A DNA stretch of 32,000 bases from Ureaplasma parvum serovar 3 str. ATCC 27815 (GCF_000019345.1 NC_010503.1:630001-662000), one strand, 5' to 3'; numbered from the stretch's first letter, positions 21,747 to 30,911 are shown. Notes: generated by a model not told the origin, from the letters alone. Numbers and translations are program-made.

Positions 21747-23258
21747 TTATTTGCTTTTTGGTTCTCAATATAGTTGTTTTATGTAATCTTTTAGTGCTTT
21801 AGCTTGACCTTCTTTGCCTAATCCATAATAGCCTTTAGCGATTCCTGCTTCAAAACCACCATAAGATGAATTACCACCTATTAATACATAAGATTCTGAT
21901 CAAGTTTCATCAGATTTCACCATTTGACCGTTTTGATTTTTTTCGTATTTAACACCTTTATTATTTATATCAAAATTACCAAATAATTTACCATATTCTT
22001 TTAATAATGCTACACGTTCACTATTAAGTTTACCTTTTGAAGCATTATCATTAAAGTCATCAAAATTATCACCAATACGCATTACAGTTTTTAAAACTAC
22101 AGCATTACCACTACCGAATTCACTTAAATCATAACCTTGTGTACGCTTATTCATAGCATTCATACGGTCTTCTTTAGTAGATTTTACACGTTTTCCTTGT
22201 GCATCTTTTTTAATATTTGCTCATGGTTTATCGCTACTAAAATCTACTCCTTGCATTCAAAAAATTCATTTAGGTAATAAACTACGTTCTAAGCCTTCAC
22301 TAACCAAGTTTTCAATAGTTGGATCGACTTGGTTTTCTTGTTCACGGTTTGAGTTGAACATTACGACTCCACCATGTTCTCAAACATATTTAATGAATTC
22401 AAAAGCTCCAGCTAATCGTTTTGAAACCTTGTCATTCACAAATGCATCTCAATCCTTTGGATTATAAGCTTTATTATTTAATAATTGATAGTTTTGATTA
22501 GCGTAATTATTTAAAATTGTTTCATCAATATCCATAAATACTACAGGAATTGCCTTATTACTTTCAGGATTAGAAACTGTTACCTTTGTAATATTACCAT
22601 TTGAATCTTTTTCTACTTTTACTTTACTTGTATCAAAATCACTTTGTTTAATCATTGCATCAAATTGGTGTTTTGCACTATTATACTCTGTTAATAGCAT
22701 CCCATCTTTTTCAGCACTTAATGTGTTTCAAATATTAGCTAATCAACGTTGGTTGTAAATAATTGATTCTGCACTATTATATGATTTTATTTCATTTTTT
22801 TCATTACTATGACTTATTTGAACCTTTGGTCCATCATTTAATTCAATATTGCTTATATTTAGTGTTGTTACATAAACAGCACCTTTTTTTAAATTAGCAT
22901 CATCTGGTTTAATAATTACACGATCATCTTTTTTTGGTTCACGTGCTAATTTTACATAAACTCTACCATCCCTTAAAATCCCTGTAGATGATGTAAATTC
23001 AGCATTATTATCTTTATCAATAACACTAGTTTTAAAATTAAGATTTTGTAATGATTTTTTTTGGTTATCATCTAATTTAGTTCAATTTGTAATCTCATAA
23101 ATTGCATAAACACCATTTTGAGTTCTAACAAAAGATGAACTTACAGTTGATTCGATATTAGAGTTAGTACAAGCAGTAGCTGTAGCAATAATACTTGTAC
23201 TAACTATTATTGAACCTAATGATATAGCTCAAAATTTCTTATTTTTCAATAATTTCAT
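21747..23258 (-). CDS. Lipoprotein, HAD-superfamily class B / e(P4)-type acid phosphatase (5'-nucleotidase) with a ~200-aa N-terminal extension, 503 aa
   Basis: MKLLKNKKFWAISLGSIIVSTSIIATATA-C (lipobox). VVFMDIDETILNN (DxDxT nucleophile motif) and MRIGDNFDDF (GDxxxDF). Pieces 21900-22163 and 22449-22700 are in frame with ATG 23258. Stop is TAA 21747-21749. Confidence 0.8.
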
Positions 23259-23468
23259 AAAAACTCCTTAAACAAAAAACATCTTTTTTAAATTTTTAAT
23301 ACCAAAATTATAGTATGAAAAACCAATTATAAAGTAATGAAAAATTAAAAATATTAATAATAAAAATTTATTTATTTTTTTAAAAAATTAATTAAATTAA
23401 ATCATGAATCTTATTGTATAATTATGAATTGTATATACAAGTAAACTACAATTTTTACTTTATAATTT

Positions 23469-26384
23469 CTATTCTACATCTCAATCTTCATTAAATAAAG
23501 CAATTGATAATACCAACGCAATAGCTTGAGTTCGTTTTTTAATTTGTTCTGGTTGAAGTTCTTCTTTATCACTTAATTTTAAACTCATAAGTGCTTCTTT
23601 AAATACATCTTCATTAACATCAATTTTATTAGATTTTAACTTTTCATTTATTTTTGTGAATTCATTGTAAAGTTTTGTTATTTGTTCCTCATTTAATCCT
23701 TTGTATAATCAAAGATTTTGAATGATAGGTGCATTTTTATAACGTTGTTTTTTATCTTTAAATTCTTTATTATTAAGAGCTGAGTTGTATTCTTTAGTAA
23801 GTGGTATTAAATTACCAATATTATTTTTAACAATATTAAATCTTTCATCTTTTAATGATTGTGAATACATGTGTTCAATTGTTAAATCTGCTTTTTCATT
23901 ATCAGCATTACTTGGTGGATAAAAAAATACTTTTGTATCCTTATTTTTATTTATTTGCGTATCATCAAGAAAAAAAGTTAAATAAGTTTCAAATCTAATT
24001 AAATAAGCCAAATGAATATCACTAACCTTTTCATCAAGCATTTTGTTATAAAAATTTTTAATATTTTTTATTTCCATTTGATTATTGCTATTAAAAACAT
24101 CTAAAAATTTTTTTGATAAATTAATATTTTTAATGGAATTTATATTGTTTTTGTTAATATCATTATCAATTAACTTAATTAATTTAATAACACTATTTAA
24201 AATACTTTGACCACGAGTATTTAATAAAACATTTCTCAATGAAAAATTAGCAATCACGCTAACATATTCTTCAATATTAATTCTTAATTTGCTTTTATCA
24301 AAATTACCATTGTTATCAAAATCATACAATACATCCTCAGTAAATATTTTCTCTAATAAATAAACTAATAAAGGAATATAATTCTTTTTCTTTTTGTTCG
24401 TTAAGATTAGTAAATAATCACTAATTAAATAAAAATTACAATTATTGTTTGTGAATTTATCTTTGATTGTTAAGTCATTGTAAATATCTATATATTTACT
24501 AAAATATTTCAAACACGCTTTTCAATTATTTTTTAAAGTAAATTTTTTATTAATAATTTCAATAATAAAAAATCAACTTTTATTATAATATTCATCATCT
24601 TTATCGTTTTTTTCAAATCTTTTTAAATCCTCATCTTTACAAAGATTTAAAGCACTTAATGAATCAACAAATTCGTTAAAACGTTTTACTTCAATAATAT
24701 TTTCATCTTTTTTTAATAAAAATTTTTTCGTTATTAAATCATTATATTTCTGTTGGAATTCTTCTTTATTTTTAAAAATTGATTCTTTAAAATTTTCATA
24801 TCAACAAAACTTATTTTTTAACAATTCAATAGCGTTAAGTTTTTTAGCATTAGTATTTAATGATTCAAAAGTTTTAAATTCATCAACATTTTTTAAAATA
24901 ACTAAATTGAGGATTAAATTATTAAATAAGGCGTTAGCAAAATTCGCTCATTCTTTAAATTCTTTTGGTTTTTCTTCAAATCATTCAACAATATCTTTTA
25001 GATTCATAAAAATATGATTGTTTTTATTATCTAATTCATCATTAGATAATATTTGTTTTAAAGCTTCATAGTCAGGATTGCCACCAATACGACTAAAGCG
25101 ATCAATTATAAACTCTCTGTTAAAAAAGATATCTTTTAAATGACTTAGTTGCTTTATTTGTTCGTTTGTAAATTTTGTTATTTCTTCTCTGTTGTTATAC
25201 AAGAAAATAATAAATGCTTTTGTAATTAAAAATAAGGTTGTTAATCGTTGTTGACCATCAATAATTTGAATATTATCAATAGATTCTTCTTTAACTAAGA
25301 CACTAATGATACTACCTAAAAAATGGTTTTCATTATTTTGTTTGTTACTAATATCATTAATATCTTCTAGCAATTTTTCAATATTATCAATTGTTCAAAC
25401 ATAATTACGTTGAAAAACTGGAATACTCATTTTAATTGTTTCATTCTTGTTTAAAAATTTAATCAATCATACTAAATTAAAAATATAAGCATCACCATTA
25501 TCTGAAGCCAACTTCTTTGTACCATCTAATTTAGTCACTTCAATAGAATTGTCATTTGAAATTAATGGTAATTTTCAATTAGTAACTAATTCACACGAAT
25601 CACTATATTCTTCAAAATTAAATTTTTTATTATCTTTTTCTTGTTGAGTTTTCGCTGTTCTTAAAAAATCTGGTTTATTTTTAGTTTTATTTATATTAGT
25701 TTGATTGTTTGGATTTGCTTTATTTTCATCATTAGTTTTTGCTCAATAGTTTTCAAATTTGGTAATTAATTCATTAGAAATTATTTGATCTTTAAAATAA
25801 TTTTCAACAAATTCTTTATATTGTTTAAAATGCTTAAAATTGCTATCATTTTGCTTAGGTTCATAGTAGTATTCAAATAATTCTTTTTTAGTTAAATAAT
25901 CATTGTGTTTTTTATAATGTAGTAATGATAAGAAAATAGTTAAAACAAAATCTTTATTTTTTTGATCTATTGTTTCATTTTGAAAAAAATCATTTAAATC
26001 TAAATTTCTTAAAAATTTATTAACAAAAACATTTGTGATGTGTTTATTGATGCTTTTTTCGGTGTTATCTGATACATTAAAAGTAAATATATAATCTTTA
26101 AGAGTGTCATTTTTGTATGTATTAATTGTTTTATTTTTATCACTATCTACAATAATTTGTAAATAATAAAGAACACGTATTAATTCATAAGATGAACGTT
26201 TAAAACTAAATTCAACTTTTTTTTGATTTTTATCATTAATTAAAATTTTTCATTCTTGATCATTAGTATCAAGGTGTAATTTCTCATTCGAAAAAATCTT
26301 TTTAACATTATTTTCATTGCAGATCAAATATTTAATAAATGTATTAATACTTGTACTTATTTTTCAAAACTTTAATTTAGCCAT
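23469..26384 (-). CDS. DUF262 + DUF1524 (GmrSD/SspE-type) nuclease-family protein with an unassigned ~320-aa N-terminal region, 971 aa
   Basis: Hand-translated end to end from ATG 26384 to TAG 23469-23471; the only interruptions are TGA codons. DUF262 motifs IPVFQRNYVW and IIDGQQRLTTLFLI. DUF1524/His-Me finger LTIEHMYSQS...NIGNLIPLTKEYNSALNNKEFKDKK. The start lies 3 nt after the methyltransferase stop. Confidence 0.85.
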
Positions 26385-26387
26385 AAA

Positions 26388-27635
26388 TTATTTATTAAAT
26401 CTTTCTTGAATTAATTTCATTAAATAAACCATTACATCAACAACAATTGAATTTCCAGCTTGTTGATACATTTTAGCTTTTGATATTCCCTTAGCTTGAA
26501 TCGCTTCAAAATCTTTTTCATTAAAGCCCATTAATAGATAGGCTTCACGATTTGTTAATAAACGAAAGTTTGCTTTTTTAGGTAAATTATTGTGATCTTT
26601 TTCACGATAATCATCACCTAAAATCGTATTTTTTAAATTGATATAACCACCATTAGGAAAACGATCTTGACGTGTTGTAATTGTTGAAGTACAATAACAA
26701 TTAGGATTTAATAAATCATATTTTGGAATGACATATTTTATTCTTGAAAATGTGCGATTTGGTTGAGCTAAATATGCTTCTTGATAATATTTTTCAATTT
26801 TATAATTAGTTTTTAAAACATCCTTTAATTGTTTTTGTTTTCCATCAAAAATAGGTGCTTCTAAATCTAAAATATTTCCATTACTATCAATTAATCCATC
26901 ATAGTTTAGAATCGAAATTGCATATACTCGTTTACGACGTTGTGCTGACCCATAATCAAGAGCGTTTAATTGAAAAGTACATGTACTATAACCTAATTGT
27001 TTTAAAGATTTGGTTCACATATCATAATCTAGCTTATGTTGTTTAGATAACATGTTATTAACGTTTTCTAATAAAAGAAATTGTGGTAATTGATTTAATT
27101 TTTGCAAATCGAATAAAATGCGTTCAATTTCTCATAGTAATCCAGAACGTGTACCGGATCCTTTTTTCATTCCAAAAGCTTTTTTACTAAAGCTTCCAGC
27201 TGTTGATAAGTCTTGACAAGGGAATGAATAAGTAAGTAAATCTATCCCTTTGTTCCCAACACTTTTTATTAACTGCTCACCAGTCACACTTAAAATACTT
27301 CCTAAATTATTAGAATTAAGATATGCATCATATAATTCACGTTTAATATTTTCGCTAAAAGAACTAATTTTTTTACGAATTGGGTCTTTACCATTTGATG
27401 AGTGATTAAATTTTTCTAAATAATTATCAATTCTATTAATATCAATATTTAAATTAATTTTTTTATGTGGATAATGAATTGTGTTATAAGAAATATTTGC
27501 ATAAATATCTCATTCGCTTGTAGCAACAATTTTGTAGTCAAAGCCAAATTGTTTTTTTACAATTTCTAAAGCACGATGTTGTGCTCCAATTCCAGAAAAA
27601 GTTTCAAATACTCTTAAAACCTTAGTTTTATCTAT
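26388..27635 (-). CDS. DNA (cytosine-5)-methyltransferase, ~415 aa, intact body but without a canonical start codon in the present DNA orientation
   Basis: Hand-translated with no TAA/TAG and 3 TGA-Trp. Motif I FETFSGIGAQ, IV SFPCQDLS, GSGTRSGLLWEIER, VI LLENV, VIII QRRKRVY, IX RLLTNREAYLLMGF, X GNSIVV. Upstream in frame: TAA (27641-27639), AAC, ATA, then GAT AAA ACT AAG GTT. The nearest ATG (27645) is out of frame and stops after 5 codons. Confidence 0.85.
27616..27633. repeat. Left arm of the 18-bp perfect inverted repeat (aaaaccttagttttatct), inside codons 2-8 of the methyltransferase ORF
   Basis: Exact reverse complement of 27757-27774, checked base by base. The match stops at both flanks. 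Confidence 0.95.
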
Positions 27636-27739
27636 GTTTTAACATTGAAATTATTTAAAAATGCTAAAATTAAATAATAATTGATGTTTTTGTATTAATT
27701 TCGTACGAATAAATTATTTAGAACAAAATGTGGACATTT

Positions 27740-27790
27740 ATGAGCAAAAATAAAGCAGATAAAACTAAGGTTTTCTCTATTTTTTTGTAA
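27740..27790 (+). other. Displaced 5' cassette of the methyltransferase gene (ATG + MSKNKADKTKV), currently fused to a 5-codon nonsense tail (FSIFL*)
   Basis: atg agc aaa aat aaa gca gat aaa act aag gtt ttc tct att ttt ttg taa. Codons 7-11 (DKTKV) are the IR itself, read in the same frame as in the methyltransferase body. Confidence 0.7.
27757..27774. repeat. Right arm of the 18-bp perfect inverted repeat (agataaaactaaggtttt)
   Basis: Exact reverse complement of 27616-27633. It lies inside a 16-codon plus-strand ORF beginning ATG AGC AAA AAT AAA GCA. Confidence 0.95.
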
Positions 27791-27849
27791 TTTAAATTAA
27801 TATAATTTTAAAAATCCTATTGTTTTTTATATATTTATAATTTTTACAT

Positions 27850-28605
27850 ATGAAAAAATTTATAAATTATTTAAAAAATGTAAAAGGATATAGTGATGGT
27901 ACAATTGCTATTTATCAAAAATATGTTAAAGTACTAATTGATAATAATTTAGATTATTTAAAAGCTATTAAAAAATATGAACATAACGCTAATGTTACTA
28001 AGCGCGTTGTTTTAAGTGCTTTTAAAGCATATTTAAAATTTATTAATCATAAAGATGCTATATTGATTGTTATGCCTAAAAAAGAAATTAAAGTAAAAGA
28101 ATTTTTGACTTGAGATAATTTTTTAAAAATTATTAATAATATTAATCAAGCTACCTTTTTAGGTTTTCAGAAATATTTAATTTTAAGAATTTTATTTGAA
28201 ACAGGCATTCGATCTTGTGAATTATTAAAACTAGAAATTAAAGATATTTATGAAAATAAGTTAAAAATTCATGGCAAAGGCAAAAAAGAACGCTTTGTTT
28301 ATTTATCAAACGATTTACAAAATAATATTAAAAAATATATTGGTCAAATTAAAACAAAATATTTATTTAATTTTAGTTATAAAAATTTGTATCAAAAAGT
28401 TACTAGAATTAAAACTAATATTAGGCTAACGCCTCATATTTTACGTCGTAGTTTTGCTAACCATTGCATTAATAATGGTATTAATATTTATGATTTATCA
28501 TTAGTTATGGGTCATAACAATATTAATTCAACAAGTTTATATTTAAATAAGGAAAGTAAATTAGTAGAATTAGATCATCTTTTTGATAATAAAAAAGTTA
28601 ATTAA
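27850..28605 (+). CDS. Tyrosine site-specific recombinase (XerC/D / phage-integrase family), 251 aa
   Basis: Pieces 27850-28113 and 28387-28605 are in frame (one TGA-Trp). Catalytic residues in order: ETGIRSCEL (Arg), HGKGKKER (Lys), TPHILRRSFA (HxxR), MGHNNINSTSLYL (His...Tyr). Confidence 0.85.
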
Positions 28606-28734
28606 TTTTATAAATATATAAAATAAAAAATCTACTTCAGTTTTGCACTAAAGTAGATAATATAATTCAATTCTAAATACCAACAAAAAACTAAATTAAA
28701 AATAAACTTTTTTTAGTTTTTGTTAATTAATGTC

Positions 28735-30393
28735 TTAAAGACCTAAATAATTTTTTAAAAAATCTAAAATATCTTCAGCTTTAATTTTTAGTTCTTGATA
28801 AAAATCTCGTTTTTGATCTTTGCTAAAATCATATAAATCAATATATACTTTAAATTTAGGTTCTGTTCCAGATAATCTAAATTTGATTGTTGAGTATTCG
28901 TCTAATTTTCATTCAAGATAAGATCCTTGTTCATGAAAAATAATGTTATGAATGGTGTATTGGGTTACTGTTTTAAATTCAAAATTTCTTAAGTTATTTA
29001 AAATAATAAGTGCTTTTTGTTTTCAGTTATCACCATCAATAACAAACTGAGTAGTTTTACTATATCAATTCCCATACTTAGCAAAAATCTCTTTTTTTAA
29101 AACGGTAAATAAATCAAGTTTTTGTTCATAATAATAATTAATCATTTCTAACAAAATAGACGCAGTTTGATATGAATCTTTATCATTATTAATATCAGAT
29201 GGTAATGAACCAATTGCTTCTTCAAAACCAACAACCAAATTATGTGTTTTTTTACGATTGGCAATTAAATTACCATGATTTTTAAAACCTACATCTACAT
29301 ATAAAACATCACAATCAAAATTTTTAGCAAATAATTCTGGATAGCGTGTTGAAATAAATGTTGAAATAATATATGTAGGTTTAGTAAATTTTTTATGTTC
29401 TAATAAATAATGCGCAATTAAAACACCTGTTTGATTACCAGTCAAAAATTTTCAATAATTTTCATGACGTACAGCAATGGCCATTCGATCTCCATCAGGA
29501 TCAGATGCAATCATTATTTCTGCGTTTGTATTGTCTGCATATTCAACACTTAAATCAAATGAACATTGTTCTTCTGGATTAGAACTTGGGTCATCATTAA
29601 AATTAGGATCTTCAAAATTTTGTTCGCTAACGCTAACCATATCATAACCAAGTGATTCTAAAAAAGGAATCATGTCCTTTGTTGTTGTTCCATGATGACC
29701 ACTAAAAACAATTTTGAAGGGTTTTTTAATATTAGGATCAGTATTAATTAGTTGTGCTTTAACTGCATCAAAATAACTTTGAATTTGTTCTTTTGTTAAA
29801 AATCTAATATTATCTTGTTTAAATTCAAAGTTAAAATCCAATGCTTCTGTATATGATGGCATTAAAGATTCAATGAGATTAGTATCATCAACTAATGGCT
29901 GAGCACCATTAGCATTATAAACTTTAAAACCATTATAATTTTTAGGATTATGAGAAGCGGTGATCATAATTCCAGCTCCTGCTTGTAATTGATTAATTAA
30001 AAATGAAGTAATTGGAGTTGATAACATCCCATAATCTTCATTAATATAAACAGTATAATCAAAACTACTAAAAATTTCAGCAACTAGTTTCAAATTTTCA
30101 CGTGAGCCAAAGCGGTTGTCTCGGCCAATAACAATAATTTTATTAAAATTCTTTTTCGTTTCTAAATATTCAATAAAACCTAATGTCAATTGAGTATAAG
30201 TTATTGCATTTAAATAACGAGTTCCTTCTTCATAAATACAACGTACACCTGATGTACCGAATTTAAATCGATAATTTTCATCAAAAATATGATCAATTTC
30301 TTTTTGAGTTTTATTCTTATATTCTTCTTTAATTACTTGAGGAATTTTTGGTGAATTTAATCAACAATTAAAAATTTTATTTGTATTTTCCAT
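28735..30393 (-). CDS. Alpha-D-phosphohexomutase (phosphomannomutase/phosphoglucomutase family), 552 aa
   Basis: ATG 30393. GIMITASHNPKNYNGFKV (phosphoserine loop), ASDPDGDRMA (Mg site), GFEEAIG. Pieces 29065-29445 and 29452-30189 are in frame. Stop is TAA 28735-28737. Confidence 0.9.
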
Positions 30394-30427
30394 AATTTTA
30401 TCTCCTTTCTTATTTTATAATGAATAA

Positions 30428-30823
30428 CTATAGAGATATATTTGGATCTCATCCAAATGGTAATAATTGTTCAACATTATATTCTTTATAAGTACCATCA
30501 TTGTTAAAAACGACGATTTTTGCATCCTTTTTAAAAAATTCAAAAATCACTTGACGACATGCACCACAAGGACTCGCAATATCACCATTATTTTTTGTAA
30601 TTATATAAACTGTTTTAAATGTTTTTGCACCATTTGCAATTGCATTAAAGATTGCATTTCTTTCAGCACAAGAAGTTAATCCAAATGATCCATTTTCAAC
30701 ATTCACACCAGAGATAAATCCTAAATCAGTATCAACATAAGCAGCAACTGGATAATTTGAATAAGGACTATAACTTTTTTTTAATAACTCTAATAATCCC
30801 ATATAAATATCATTATATTTCAT
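30428..30823 (-). CDS. cdd: Cytidine deaminase, 131 aa
   Basis: SCAERNAIFNAI (H/CAE zinc motif) and SPCGACRQVIFEF (PCxxC). Continues through TGA-Trp to TAG 30428-30430 (...LLPFGWDPNISL). GGAG RBS upstream. Confidence 0.93.
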
Positions 30824-30911
30824 ACTTCAATAACTCCAAATGTTACAAATATCTAACACTATATTATAACATTTTGAAAAAAGTTATAACCTTTTAATAA
30901 ATGATAAGAGT

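Larger units (their letters stand above)
27616..27774. promoter_or_regulatory. Putative invertible DNA switch (159 bp including both arms) controlling the methyltransferase / DUF262-DUF1524 operon; present state OFF
   Basis: An in-silico flip places ATG-AGC-AAA-AAT-AAA-GCA directly upstream and in frame with GAT-AAA-ACT-AAG-GTT-TTA-AGA-GTA-TTT..., giving MSKNKADKTKVLRVFETFSGIG. A tyrosine recombinase gene starts 76 nt away. Confidence 0.7.

Noticed and set aside
23413-23440. A direct repeat ATTGTATA (23413-23420 and 23428-23435) and a 12-bp palindrome TTGTATATACAA (23429-23440) downstream of the DUF262/DUF1524 gene, considered as an island att site or operator
   Set aside because: It is short, pure-A/T sequence in an A/T-rich spacer, and no matching copy exists at the other island border (28606-28734). 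This is not distinguishable from chance.
27637-27645. A frameshift explanation for the missing methyltransferase start. Deleting one A from the A4 run (rc of 27637-27640) would put ATG 27645 in frame, giving MLNIDKTKV...
   Set aside because: It is possible, but less economical than the inversion model. A 4-nt run is too short for slipped-strand phase variation, and this model does not explain the in-phase 18-bp inverted repeat with a second, better N-terminus (MSKNKADKTKV) 130 bp away. It is kept as the alternative to exclude with read data.
28626-28730. Hairpins between the recombinase and phosphohexomutase genes (ATCTACTTcAG/CTaAAGTAGAT at ~28634-28661; AAAACTAAA/TTTAGTTTT at ~28688-28722) as additional recombination sites, because of the shared AAAACTAA core
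   Set aside because: Only 8 nt are shared with the 18-bp repeat, in A/T-rich sequence. The position between convergent genes fits ordinary bidirectional terminators.
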